Shown piece by piece: positions 23,748 to 37,845 of a stretch of DNA of 64,000 nt. The stretch covers positions 1-64,000 of the forward strand of contig JAUCBJ010008278.1 in the NCBI GenBank assembly GCA_032718475.1, given 5' to 3'. The notes beneath the pieces were generated by a model, which had not been told where the DNA came from, made no database searches, and worked only from the letters and a program-made list of their open reading frames with translations. Made by a program: the position numbers and the translations under genes. The DNA comes from Nemertoderma westbladi (lineage: Eukaryota > Animalia > Xenacoelomorpha). How positions within the stretch are numbered: the stretch's first letter is position 1; each line of letters opens with the position of its first letter.

Positions 23748-24469
23748 GCACTGACACAGTACGTGCACTGACACAGTACGTGCACTGACACAGTACGTGC
23801 ACTGACACAGTACGTGCACTGACACAGTACGTGCACTGACACAGTACGTGCACTGACACAGTACGTGCACTGACACAGTACGTGCACTGACACAGTACGT
23901 GCACTGAGACAGTACGTGAACTGACACTGTACGTGCACTGACACAGTACGTGCACTGACACAGTACGCGCGCTGACACAGTACGTGCACTGACACAGTAC
24001 GCGCACTGACACAGTACGTGCACTGACACAGTACGCGCACTGACACAGTACGCGCACTGACACAGTACGTGCACTGACACAGTACGTGCACTGACACAGT
24101 ACGTGCACTGACACAGTACGTGCACTGACACAGTACGTGCACTGACACAGTACGTGCACTGACACAGTACGTGCACTGATACAGTACGTGCACTGACACA
24201 GTACGTGCACTGACACAGTACGTGCACTGACACAGTACGTGAACTGAGACAGTACGTGAACTGACACAGTACGTGCACTGACACAGTACGTGCACTGACA
24301 CTGTACGTGCACTGACACAGTACGTGCACTGACACAGTACGCGCGCTGACACAGTACGTGCACTGACACAGTACGTGCACTGACACAGTACGTGCACTGA
24401 CACAGTACGTGCACTGACACAGTACGTGCACTGACACAGTACGTGCACTGACACAGTACGTGCACTGAC
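23748..24469. repeat. 17-bp minisatellite (GCACTGACACAGTACGT), ~42 copies
   Basis: Direct tandem repeat with a few recurrent variants. Confidence 0.98.
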
Positions 24470-24994
24470 TATTCCTTTACAGAATCATTAAAGGATTTTC
24501 GAATTTCTTTTTCAAAATCATTATATTGCACTTTTCGTGACGCATTAATTTAACTTTTCTCGAGAATTTTTATAAAGGATCAATTCAGAAGTCCATCTAA
24601 AGAATTCCCTGGGTTTCCAAACTAAAAACCTAAACAAATAGGAAACGATTAAAGGAGGGGATACAATTTTAGTGACAACAAATTACCGCGAAATAAAACG
24701 GGAGTAATATTGGTTTAAAACAAAATGTATTTTATACATCCCGCGCAAACTATCCGTCAATTTCCTGGTCGGTAATCTCATTTCCAATGTTAATTTTAAT
24801 ATCTGGCGGAATTTAGCCTATCGGTCTGTATGTCCGTCTCGCTGTCCGTTTGTCAATCAGTTTTTCGTACAATCTACAGGCATTTGACGACTCTAGGACT
24901 TTTTGTTAGTATGCCAGTCAGTCAGACTGTCCAATTGTCCATAAAAAACCTTTACATTCGGAAACAGTTTTTGATGAGGGAAATCTTAATAGAA

Positions 24995-25190
24995 TAATGA
25001 ACGATATCGCCAAAGAAATAATTTTCCACTTCATTTCAAATCAAATCTATTTTGGGCTCTATTTTGAGTTGAAACGTTGGTTTTTGTTTGTATGTCTTAT
25101 TATGTATTATGTATTTGTTATTATTTAATTTAATATTAATTTGATTTGAAATGAAGTGGAAAATTATTTCTTTGGCGATATCGTTCATTA
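24995..25190. mobile_element. Small MITE-like inverted repeat
   Basis: 52-bp perfect inverted arms at 24995-25046 and 25139-25190 with an AT-rich spacer; outermost bases are TA. Confidence 0.7.
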
Positions 25191-27797
25191 CAAACCTTTA
25201 CTGCGTTTTACGACTTCCACTTTTTATCCCCGGAGTCAAAAACTCTTAGAATTCTTGGTTAGATTGTCTGAAAAATGTTAACCCCAAGAGAATTAAAAGA
25301 TTATATCATTTTTCTAGAAATCTAGAAGATTTTGAAATTCTGTTCTGGAATGAAAAGTACGAGCAGTGGAAAAAATAAACGTAAAAAGATATGGCAATAG
25401 ACCGCTATCCACCCCCCCCCCCCCCACCCCACCCCCCTTAAAACGAGCTTTTGTAGATTTGCGAACCCGCCTCTGCCATACTGTATTTTCTGTAATTATA
25501 AAACATATATTAATAACAATGTAATATTATATATTAGGCTAATATCGTGTACTGAATCAATCTAATCACCAGGATTCTAAAATTCGCACTTCAATTATGA
25601 ATTTAAAATTCTAATAAATATATACAGTTTGCCAATGAGTGCGTTTATATCCTAGGAAGGGATGTCGTTTGATTTAGAGACCGGATCATTCCTCAGTCCG
25701 ACTCCGACTCCGACGCTGTCCGACTCGTAGGATAATGGAGACATCGCATTAATACTTGAATTATTATATTATTTAATTATTAGTAGTGTTCATGTCTACA
25801 CTTACATTATTAATTACAGATAACTTTTAGCGAAACACAAATTTAAACGGGTGACAAAAATACCAAAAATATGGATATGTCCTCACCAGCAGCGATATGG
25901 AAATTTAAATCGAAACGGGGGTGGGGGGGGGGGGGGTCGCTGATTGGCCAGATCTCGTTGCTAGGGTTGGCCAGATCTCGTTCTATGATTGGTCAGAGCT
26001 CGTCCTCTGGATTGTTGATCCGTCCTTGTGGATTGGCTATAACTTATATTTGGTTCACATTAATCAAATGAAGTCTATCAGTGTTTAGCTTGCAGCAAGC
26101 ATAGTGAAGAAACGACGAGACCTCAGGGCCAACGCATGCATTATTATTCACAATGGCAGTATGAGTTGTATTTGACATAATGAATACTTTAACTTCAAAG
26201 TAGTAGTCGCAAATTTCACGAGGATTTCATGAGGATTTTGTTTTATATATGTTAATCCAATTAATAAGTGATATTAATTATGGGATATGCGGTAGTAATT
26301 GTTAGATTTGTCATAATATTTTACTAGTGACGGGCCTAGCGGCCCGATAAGGAACCGACTTTTTATTTTAATAAAAGAGACAACGAGAACTAGTATAGAA
26401 CTAATAATTATGTAAAAATTCAATCATATTTCATACAATAATTATTAATAAATTAGATCTATTATTAGTTGCTCAATTCTAGAACAAAATCGACCTGCAA
26501 CTAGTGAAGACCTCGTTTTGGAATTTCGAAACCACGCTGGTGCGATGCGCGATATCGTGTTTAGTTAATAAATTGAAAACTCAATTCATGTGCAACCAGT
26601 AATAAGAAATCGCTATAAATGTAATTAAATAAAAATTATTCTAGAAAAATTTTCCTCAAAACGTATGAAGTCTTGGCATTGGTGACGCGAAACTAGGCTA
26701 GTGAGATTCAGGATATTGCGTTTAATATAAAAATCGAAAACGCTATCGAATTCCGTAAAGGCGTTAATAAAATACTGCAACTTTTTTGAAATTTGTAAAA
26801 TTCTAGAACTAGAAAAAATTTATTTTTGAACGGCGCTGTTTGGGTTTTCGAAACATGGATAGGCTGAAAGAGGACATCGAATTAAGTTGAAAAATAAAAA
26901 CCCCATCGAATTTGGACAAAGCGTTCCGGAGTTATAGCGGATCGAAAAAAATTGACCCCCCCCCCAGTCGCCAAAAATTTACAGTAATTTAAAATTTTGC
27001 AAAAAAAATTTTTTGCGTTATTTTTGATGGCGAATCGATTGGCAGTACTGGCTACGAAAAATTTTTTTTGAAATTTTTGGTCAGAAAAAAAAACATGGAA
27101 AAAGTATCTTTTTAAAAAGATTTGATGTCTTTGCCTATGGTCAGAGAATGATCCAACTCTGTAACTTGGCAATCGCTCAAATCCATTCAGCTGAATGGCA
27201 CAGTAGAGTAAACTAAAGTAAATTCCCTATACAATGTTCTGAAGGGGAGACTGACTGAGAGTAATCCAACAATAAAACATTTTGCAATAATGTTGGCATT
27301 AATGTAGCCAACCACTCACTGTGTACTTAAGTCATTCAGCTTACATTAGCAGAGTAAGATATTCGCATAGAATGCATTGGGAAGAGTAATTCAGCTGAGG
27401 CGATAAACTAAACCAACCAGTTAATATTTGCTTTGACAGAGTGTCCTAGGGCCTAAACAAACAGTATGGGTGTACTAAGTACAATAATCTTGGCAACCTC
27501 ATCGATTTATACTAAGCCTTGTGTAGAAATCCATTACATAAGCCATTTTTCATCACGACACCAGCTGTTATTGGTGTTATTTTACCATTGCGCCTATGGC
27601 GTTTTTTCGTTTATGTCTATTTTTCGAGCCCACGGCTCATGGACGAAATAGCGGAACATACCAGGGACCTTAGAATCGCGGTATCCAGCCGCTGTGAAAA
27701 TTTCATCAAAATCGTTAGAGTAGTTTTGGCTATAGATTAACCAGCCAGCCAGTCAGCCACGAGCAATTCTTACAGTAATGAACCTCTCGGTTCCTAA

Positions 27798-29270
27798 CTA
27801 GTGACGGGCCTAGCGGCCCGATAAGGAACCGACTTTTTATTTTAAATAAAAGAGACAACGAGAATTAGTATAGAACTAATAATTATGTAAAAATACAATC
27901 ATATTTCATACAATAATTATTAATAAATTCGATCTATTATTAGTTGCTCCATTCTAGAACAAAATCGACCTGCAACTAGTGAAGACCTCGTTTTGGAATT
28001 TCGAAACCACGCTGGTGCGATGCGCGATATCGTGTTTAGTTAATAAATTGATAACTCCATCAATTCATGTGCATCCAGTAATAAGAAATCGCGATAAATG
28101 TAATTAAATAAAAATTATTCTAGAAAAATTTTCCTCAAAAAGTATGAAGTCTTGGCATTGGTGGCGCGAAACTAGGCTAGTGAGATTCAGGATATTGCGT
28201 GTAATATAAAAATCGAAAACGCTATCGAATTCCGTAAAGGCGTTAATAAAATACTGCAACTTTTTTGAAATTTGTAAAATTCTAGAACTAGAAAAAATTA
28301 ATTTTTGAACGGCGCTGTTTGGGGTTTCGAAACATGGATAGGCTGAAAGAGGACATCGAATTAAGTTGAAAAATGAAAACCCCATCGAATTTGGACAAAG
28401 CGTTCCGGAGTTATAGCGGATCGAAAAAAATTGACCCCCCCCCAGTCGCCAAAAATTTACAGTAATTTAAAATTTTGCAAAAAAAATTTTTTGCGTTATT
28501 TTTGATGGCGAATCGATTGGCAGTACTGGCTACGAAAAATTTTTTTTTGAAATTTTTGGTCAGAAAAAAAACATGGAAAAAGTATATTTTTAAAAAGATT
28601 TGATGTCTTTGCATGATGGTCAGAGAATGATCCAACTCTGTACTTGGCAATCGCTCAAATCCATTCAGCTGAATGGCACAGTAGAGTAAACTAAAGTAAA
28701 TTCCCTATACAATGTTCTGAAGGGGAGACTGACAGAGAGTATTCCAACAATAAAACATTTTGCAATAATGTTGGCATTAATGTAGCCAACACACTGTGTA
28801 CTTAAGTCATTCAGCTTACATTAGCAGAGTGAGATATTCGCATAGAACGCATTGGGAAGAGTAATTCAGCTGAGGCAATATTAGATTTCAAACTAAACCA
28901 ACGAGTTAATGTTTGCTTTGACAGAGAGTGGTGGCCTATACAAACAGTATGGGTGTACTGAGTATAATAATCTTGGCAACCTCATCGATTTATTACTAAG
29001 CCTTCTGTAGAAATGCATTACATAAGCCATTTTTCATCACGACACCAGCTGTTATTGGTGTTATTTTACCATTGCGCCAATGGCGTTTTTTCGTTTATGT
29101 CTATTTTTCGAGCCCACGGCTCATGGACGAAATAGCGGAACATACCAGGGACCTTAGAATCGCGGTATCTAGCCGCTGTGAAAATTTCATCAAAATCGTT
29201 AGAGTAGTTTTGGCTGTAGATTAGCCAGTCAGCCAACAATTCTTACAGTAATGAACCTCTCGGTTCCTAA
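27798..29270 (-). mobile_element. Representative family-A unit (1473 bp)
   Basis: 5' TTAGGAACCGAGAGGTTC; 3' GTCGGTTCCTTA-T-CGGGCCGCTAGGCCCG-TCACTAG. Confidence 0.88.
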
Positions 29271-32200
29271 CTAGTGACGGGCCTAGCGGCCCGATAAGGA
29301 ACCGACTTTTTATTTCAAATAAAAGAGACAACGAGCTCGGCTCAGTCTGGCACGATTGGGCTCGATTCAGTTTGACTTGGCTTGATCGGCTCGACTTGGC
29401 TCAATTGGGCTCGACTCGGGTCGATAGGGCTCGACTCGGCTCGATTGGGCTCGAAACGGCTCGATTGGGATTGATTGGGCTTGACTCGGCTCGATTTGGC
29501 TCAACTTGGCTCAGTCCGGCTTGATTGGGCTCGTCTGGGCTCGGTCCGGCTCAATTGGGCTAGACCAGGCTTGATTGGGCACGACTCGGCTCTATTGGGC
29601 TCGACTTGATTCGATTGGGCTTTGACTCGGCTCAGTCTGGCTCGACTTGGCTTGATTGGGCTCAACTCGGCTCCGTCCGGCTCAATTTGGCATGACACGG
29701 CTCGACTCGGCTCGATAGGGCTTGGCTCGGCTCGGTCTGAGTCGACTCAGCTCGATTCGGCTCAATCGGCTCGATTGGGTTCGACTGGGTTCGGTCCGGC
29801 TCGACTTGGCTCAATTGGGCTCGATTCGGATCAATCCGCTCGACTCGGCTCGACTGGGATTGATTGGGCTTGACTCGGCTCGATTTGGCTCAACTTGGCT
29901 CAGTCTGGCTCGATTGGGCTCAACTTGGCTCGGTCCGGCTCAATTGGGCTCGACTAGGATTGATTGGGCTCGACTCGGCTCTATTGGGCTAAACTCGACT
30001 CGATTTGGCTTGACTCGGCTCAGTCTGGCTCGACTCGGCTTGATTGGGCTCAACTCGGCTTTGACTCGGCTCGATTGGGCTCGACTCGGCTTGATCGCTT
30101 CAATTGGTTCTATTCGGCTCGATCGGTATGATTTGGCTCGATTGACACCCACTGCTGGAAGGGTCAAAGCCAAACTCACGTGCTGCTAGAATGGACAAAG
30201 TCAAACATTGTGTCTAATATTTGATTAACTCACGTGCTGCTCGAAGGGCGCAACTACATATATCGAAACAAGCCCCTGTCTTGTATTTTAATAATAATAT
30301 ACACTCCCCAACGGGGTAAATGAAATTCGGTAAAATCATATTATTATTTTATCAATAAAATAGATATAAAATAAAAATAAATCAATTTGTATTTTAATTA
30401 TATCAGAAATCGTTGCCATGCATAATGCACTATATTTGGGTCCCATGACCCACCCCATTGAACATCTTTGCTTACATCTGATAGAGAGCAATCCCAAATT
30501 AACTTCCCTCTACGAAAATTATTTTAATTAAATACATGCAACATAGCAGTCTACTCTACAGTCAACAGTAGTAGGCCTACACAATAACTAAAATGGCATT
30601 CAGCTTACCAGCTATTCGCATTAAGCTAATAGATATTCGATTTCATTGGATTCAGTGAGTGTGTGAGGGCTATTGGGAGAGCAATCAGCTTATGATGTAA
30701 TACATTAGAATCCCACGGCTTTTGTTTGCTTACTGTCTGAGTTGTAGAGTGAGGATAATACTTGGCAGAGAAAGCATTTCCTTGTTAGGTGGCCATTCCT
30801 ATAGAATAGCATTACTAGGCTATCTCTATCCATTTTTCATGAGTGCCAGCTGGTGTTTTTATCATTGCGCCTATGGCGTTTTTTCGTTTATGTCTATTTG
30901 TCGAGCCCACGGCTCATGGACGAAATAGCGGAACATACCAGGGACCTTAGAATCGCGGTATCTAGCCGCTGTTAAAATTTCATCAAAATCGTTAGAGTAG
31001 TTTTGTCTGTAGATCAGTCAGTCAGCCAGTCTCGAGCAATTCTTACAGTAATGAACCTCTCGGTTCCTAACTAGAGACGGCGTCAAGACGCCGTTAAGCA
31101 AGTCGGAAGTCATCAATCAAATATAAATTCCCTCAACAATGTTTACCTATGGTCAGAATGGAAGGGCTATTTACCTATGGTCAGAGAGAGATCCCACTCT
31201 GTAATTTGGCAATTGCTCAAATTCATTCAGTTGAATGGCACAGTAGAGTGAACTAAACTAAATTCCCTCAACAATGTTTGGCTATGGTCTGAAAGAACTA
31301 ACAGTCATTCAGCTTGCACAATGTCAATCACCTACAGTATAAAACATTTAGAATGCCACAGTGTGTATCCTGATACAGATAATAAGCAGTGATATATATA
31401 TTTCAAACTATAATGTTAGTGTTAGCCTTACACAGTATCAGTATGAGGCTGAGTAAACATTCCACCTTATAAGCATACTGCCTCCACAGAATTAATGTTG
31501 GCCGAAAGATTTAAAAATAAAACAATTATTATTATAAATACAGTGCAATCCAATAGTACCCAACACACTGTGTAACTAACAGTCAATCAGCTTACACGTC
31601 AATTAACATAGAAGAGAGAGTAACCTTGTAGATCGCCATAGAAAGCATTGGGAAGAGTTATTCAGCTGAGGCTGTAATAGCCGGCTAACCCAGTGAATGA
31701 TTATAAAGTTGGCACTGTATGTACTTCCTTGTTAGGTGGCTCCCTATAGAATAGCAAACCAACCAGTTGATGTTTGTTTGCACAGAGTGGTTGGTAGGGC
31801 CTAAACAAACAGTATGGGTGTACTGAGTATAATACTCTTGGCAACCTCATCTATTTAATACTAAGCCTTGTGTAGAATTGCATTACATAAGTCATTTTTC
31901 ATCAGGACACCAGCTGTCACGGGTGTTATTTTACCATTGCGCCTATGGCGTTTTTTTCGTTTATCTCTATTTTTCGAGCCCAGAGGCTATGGACGGAGTA
32001 GCCGATCATGCCAGGGACCTTAGAATCGCGGTATCTAGATGCTGTGAAAATTTCATCAAAATCGTTAGAGTAGTTTTGGCTGTAGATCAGCCAGCCAGCC
32101 AGCCAGCCAGTCAGCCAGCCAGCCAGCCAGTCAGTCAGTCAACAATTCTTACAGTAATCAAGTCTAACGACTTGAACGACTTGACGACTAAACCAACGAG

Positions 32201-35200
32201 TTAATGTTTGCTTTGACAGAGAGTGGTGGCCTATACAAACAGTATGGGTGTACTGAGTATAATAATCTTGGCAACCTCATCGATTTATTACTAAGCCTTC
32301 TGTAGAAATGCATTACATAAGCCATTTTTCATCACGACACCAGCTGTTATTGGTGTTATTTTACCATTGCGCCAATGGCGTTTTTTCGTTTATGTCTATT
32401 TTTCGAGCCCACGGCTCATGGACGAAATAGCGGAACATACCAGGGACCTTAGAATCGCGGTATCTAGCCGCTGTGAAAATTTCATCAAAATCGTTAGAGT
32501 AGTTTTGGCTGTAGATTAGCCAGTCAGCCAACAATTCTTACAGTAATGAACCTCTCGGTTCCTAACTAGTGACGGGCCTAGCGGCCCGATAAGGAACCGA
32601 CTTTTTATTTCAAATAAAAGAGACAACGAGCTCGGCTCAGTCTGGCACGATTGGGCTCGATTCAGTTTGACTTGGCTTGATCGGCTCGACTTGGCTCAAT
32701 TGGGCTCGACTCGGGTCGATAGGGCTCGACTCGGCTCGATTGGGCTCGAAACGGCTCGATTGGGATTGATTGGGCTTGACTCGGCTCGATTTGGCTCAAC
32801 TTGGCTCAGTCCGGCTTGATTGGGCTCGTCTGGGCTCGGTCCGGCTCAATTGGGCTAGACCAGGCTTGATTGGGCACGACTCGGCTCTATTGGGCTCGAC
32901 TTGATTCGATTGGGCTTTGACTCGGCTCAGTCTGGCTCGACTTGGCTTGATTGGGCTCAACTCGGCTCCGTCCGGCTCAATTTGGCATGACACGGCTCGA
33001 CTCGGCTCGATAGGGCTTGGCTCGGCTCGGTCTGAGTCGACTCAGCTCGATTCGGCTCAATCGGCTCGATTGGGTTCGACTGGGTTCGGTCCGGCTCGAC
33101 TTGGCTCAATTGGGCTCGATTCGGATCAATCCGCTCGACTCGGCTCGACTGGGATTGATTGGGCTTGACTCGGCTCGATTTGGCTCAACTTGGCTCAGTC
33201 TGGCTCGATTGGGCTCAACTTGGCTCGGTCCGGCTCAATTGGGCTCGACTAGGATTGATTGGGCTCGACTCGGCTCTATTGGGCTAAACTCGACTCGATT
33301 TGGCTTGACTCGGCTCAGTCTGGCTCGACTCGGCTTGATTGGGCTCAACTCGGCTTTGACTCGGCTCGATTGGGCTCGACTCGGCTTGATCGCTTCAATT
33401 GGTTCTATTCGGCTCGATCGGTATGATTTGGCTCGATTGACACCCACTGCTGGAAGGGTCAAAGCCAAACTCACGTGCTGCTAGAATGGACAAAGTCAAA
33501 CATTGTGTCTAATATTTGATTAACTCACGTGCTGCTCGAAGGGCGCAACTACATATATCGAAACAAGCCCCTGTCTTGTATTTTAATAATAATATACACT
33601 CCCCAACGGGGTAAATGAAATTCGGTAAAATCATATTATTATTTTATCAATAAAATAGATATAAAATAAAAATAAATCAATTTGTATTTTAATTATATCA
33701 GAAATCGTTGCCATGCATAATGCACTATATTTGGGTCCCATGACCCACCCCATTGAACATCTTTGCTTACATCTGATAGAGAGCAATCCCAAATTAACTT
33801 CCCTCTACGAAAATTATTTTAATTAAATACATGCAACATAGCAGTCTACTCTACAGTCAACAGTAGTAGGCCTACACAATAACTAAAATGGCATTCAGCT
33901 TACCAGCTATTCGCATTAAGCTAATAGATATTCGATTTCATTGGATTCAGTGAGTGTGTGAGGGCTATTGGGAGAGCAATCAGCTTATGATGTAATACAT
34001 TAGAATCCCACGGCTTTTGTTTGCTTACTGTCTGAGTTGTAGAGTGAGGATAATACTTGGCAGAGAAAGCATTTCCTTGTTAGGTGGCCATTCCTATAGA
34101 ATAGCATTACTAGGCTATCTCTATCCATTTTTCATGAGTGCCAGCTGGTGTTTTTATCATTGCGCCTATGGCGTTTTTTCGTTTATGTCTATTTGTCGAG
34201 CCCACGGCTCATGGACGAAATAGCGGAACATACCAGGGACCTTAGAATCGCGGTATCTAGCCGCTGTTAAAATTTCATCAAAATCGTTAGAGTAGTTTTG
34301 TCTGTAGATCAGTCAGTCAGCCAGTCTCGAGCAATTCTTACAGTAATGAACCTCTCGGTTCCTAACTAGAGACGGCGTCAAGACGCCGTTAAGCAAGTCG
34401 GAAGTCATCAATCAAATATAAATTCCCTCAACAATGTTTACCTATGGTCAGAATGGAAGGGCTATTTACCTATGGTCAGAGAGAGATCCCACTCTGTAAT
34501 TTGGCAATTGCTCAAATTCATTCAGTTGAATGGCACAGTAGAGTGAACTAAACTAAATTCCCTCAACAATGTTTGGCTATGGTCTGAAAGAACTAACAGT
34601 CATTCAGCTTGCACAATGTCAATCACCTACAGTATAAAACATTTAGAATGCCACAGTGTGTATCCTGATACAGATAATAAGCAGTGATATATATATTTCA
34701 AACTATAATGTTAGTGTTAGCCTTACACAGTATCAGTATGAGGCTGAGTAAACATTCCACCTTATAAGCATACTGCCTCCACAGAATTAATGTTGGCCGA
34801 AAGATTTAAAAATAAAACAATTATTATTATAAATACAGTGCAATCCAATAGTACCCAACACACTGTGTAACTAACAGTCAATCAGCTTACACGTCAATTA
34901 ACATAGAAGAGAGAGTAACCTTGTAGATCGCCATAGAAAGCATTGGGAAGAGTTATTCAGCTGAGGCTGTAATAGCCGGCTAACCCAGTGAATGATTATA
35001 AAGTTGGCACTGTATGTACTTCCTTGTTAGGTGGCTCCCTATAGAATAGCAAACCAACCAGTTGATGTTTGTTTGCACAGAGTGGTTGGTAGGGCCTAAA
35101 CAAACAGTATGGGTGTACTGAGTATAATACTCTTGGCAACCTCATCTATTTAATACTAAGCCTTGTGTAGAATTGCATTACATAAGTCATTTTTCATCAG

Positions 35201-35469
35201 GACACCAGCTGTCACGGGTGTTATTTTACCATTGCGCCTATGGCGTTTTTTTCGTTTATCTCTATTTTTCGAGCCCAGAGGCTATGGACGGAGTAGCCGA
35301 TCATGCCAGGGACCTTAGAATCGCGGTATCTAGATGCTGTGAAAATTTCATCAAAATCGTTAGAGTAGTTTTGGCTGTAGATCAGCCAGCCAGCCAGCCA
35401 GCCAGTCAGCCAGCCAGCCAGCCAGTCAGTCAGTCAACAATTCTTACAGTAATCAAGTCTAACGACTTG
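28892..35469. repeat. Tandem segmental duplication with 3295-bp offset (28892-32174 copied at 32187-35469)
   Basis: Identical ORF-track entries offset by 3295; 12-nt filler aacgacttgacg at 32175-32186. Confidence 0.92.
29334..30140. repeat. Degenerate (GGCTC)n pentamer tract inside a family-A unit; duplicated at ~32629-33435
   Basis: ggctc/gattg/gactc pentamers. Confidence 0.9.
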
Positions 35470-35473
35470 CTAA
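34366..35473 (-). mobile_element. Representative family-B unit (1108 bp)
   Basis: 5' TTAGCAAGTCGTTAGACTTG; 3' CGACTTGCTTA-ACGGCGTCTTGACGCCGT-CTCTAG. Confidence 0.88.
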
Positions 35474-37034
35474 CTAGTGACGGGCCTAGCGGCCCGATAA
35501 GGAACCGACTTTTTATTTCAAATAAAAGAGACAACGAGAATTATTATAGAACTAATAATTATGTAAAAATACAATCTTATTTCATACAATAATTAAATAA
35601 ATTCGATCTATTATTAGTTACTCAATTCTAGAACAAAATTGACCTGCAACTAGTGAAGACCTCGTTTTGGAATTTCGAAACCACGCTGGTGCGATGCGCG
35701 ATATCGTGTTTAGTTAATAAATTGAAAACTCCATCAATTCAAGTGCAACCAGTAATAAGAAATCGCGATAAATGTAATTAAATAAAAATTATTCTAGAAA
35801 AATTTTCCTCAAAAAGTATGAAGTCTTGGCGTTGGTGACGCGAAACTAGGCTAGTGAGATTCAGGATATTGCGTTTAATATAAAAATCGAAAACGCTATC
35901 GAATTCCGTAAAGGGGTTAATAAAATACTGCAACTTTTTTGAAATTTGTAAAATTCTAGAACTGGAAAAAATTAATTTTTGAACGGCGCTGTTTGGGGTT
36001 TGGAAACATGGATAGGCTGAAAGAGGACATCAAATTAAGTTGAAAAATGAAAACCCCATCGAATTTGGACAAAGCATTCCGGAGTTATAGCGGATCGAAA
36101 AAAATTGACCCCCCCCAGTCGCCAAAAATTTACAGTAATTTAAAATTTTGCAAAAAAAATTTTTTGCGTTATTTTTGATGGCGAATCGATTGGCAGTACT
36201 GGCTACGAAAAATTTTTTTTTGAAATTTTTGGTCAGAAAAAAAACATGGAAAAAGTATATTTTTAAAAACATTTGATGTCTTTGCCTATGGTCAGAGAAT
36301 GATCCAACTCTGTAACTTGGCAATCGCTCAAATCCATTCAGCTGAATGGCACAGTAGAGTAAACTAAAGTAAGTTCCCTATACAATGTTCTGAAGGGGTG
36401 ACTGACAGAGAGTAATCCAACAATAAAACATTTTGCAATAATGTTGGCATTAATGTAGCCAACTCACTGTGTAAGTAACAGTCATTCAGCTTACATTAGC
36501 AGAGTGAGATATTCCCATACAATGCATTGGGAAGAGTAATTCAGCTGAGGCGATATTAGATTTCAAACTAAAGCAACCAGTTAATATTTGCTTTGACAGA
36601 GTGTCCTAGGGCCTAAACAAACAGTATGGGTGTACTGAGTACAATAATCTTGGCAACCTCATCGATTTATACTAAGCCTTGTGTAGAAATCCATTACATA
36701 AGCCATTTTTCATCACGACACCAGCTGTTATTGGTGTTATTTTACCATTGCGCCTATGGCGTTTTTTCGTTTATGTCTATTTTTCGAGCCCACGGCTCAT
36801 GGACGAAATAGCGGAACATACCAGGGACCTTAGAATCGCGGTATCTAGCCGCTGTGAAAATTTCATCAAAATCGTTAGAGTAGTTTTGGCTGTGGGTCAG
36901 TCAGTCAGTCAGTCAGCCAGTCAATCAATCAGCAAACAATTCTTACAGTAATGAACCTTTCGGTTCCTAACTAGTGACGGGCCTAGCGGCCCGATAAGGA
37001 ACCGACTTTTTATTTCAAATAAAAGAGACAACAA

Positions 37035-37586
37035 GCTCGGATCGGTCTTGCACGATTGGGCACGATTAAGTTCGAATTGGCTTGATCGGCTCGGCTCGGC
37101 TCGGTTCGGTTCGGCTCGGCTCGGCTCGGCTCGGCTCGGCTCGGCTCGGTTTGGCTCGGCTCGGCTCGGCTTGGCTTGGCTCGGCTCGGCTCGGTTCGGC
37201 TCGGCTCGGCTCGGCTCGGCTCGGTTCGGCTCGGCTCGGCTCGGCTCGGCTCGGCTCGGCTTGGCTTGGCTCGGTTCGGCTTGGCTCGGCTCGGCTCGGC
37301 TCGGCTCGGCTTGGCTCGGCTCGGCTCGGCTCGGCTCGGCTCGGCTTGGCTCGGCTCGGTTCGGCTCGGCTCGGTTAGGCTCGGCTCGGCTCGGTTCGGC
37401 TCGGCTCGGCTCGGCTCGGCTCGGCTCGGCTCGGCTCGGCTCGGCTCGGCTCGGCTCTGCTCGGCTCAGGCTCGGCTCGGCTCGGCTCGGCTCGGCTCGG
37501 CTCGGCTCGGCTCGGCTCGGCTCGGCTCGGCTCGGCTCGGCTCGGCTCGGCTCGGCTTGGCTCGGCTCGGCTCGGTCTGAGTCGAC
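37035..37586. repeat. Nearly pure (GGCTC)n tract
   Basis: Long perfect ggctc runs. Confidence 0.95.
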
Positions 37587-37589
37587 TCC

Positions 37590-37845
37590 CCGTGCTGCTC
37601 GAAGGGCGCAAATACATATATCGAAGGGTCAAAGCAAAACTCACGTGCTGCTCGAAGGGACAAAGTCAAACAATGTGTCTATTATTTGATGTAATTCACG
37701 TGCTGCTCGAAGGGCGCAAATACATATATCGAAGGGTCAAAGCAAAACTCACGTGCTGCTCGAAGGGACAAAGTCAAACATTGTGTCTATTATTTGATTA
37801 TCTCACGTGCTGCTAGAAGGGCGCAACTACATATATCGAAACAAG
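37590..37845. repeat. ~50-bp minisatellite (AACTCACGTGCTGCTCGAAGGG core), also at ~30150-30270, 56490-56780 and 62290-62630
   Basis: Alternating unit types follow the GGCTC tract. Confidence 0.85.

Noticed and set aside
23626-24465. Three long Cys-rich ORFs (SVHVLCQCTYCVSART repeats)
   Set aside because: Translation of a stop-free 17-bp minisatellite in all three frames; no coding evidence.
25935-26040. Repeated ATTGG (CCAAT-box-like) motifs
   Set aside because: No associated gene or transcript evidence; likely a short repeat remnant.
27793-27797. TTAGG at family-A 5' ends resembling the arthropod telomere repeat
   Set aside because: Single unit only, and family B has TTAGC; no telomeric tract.
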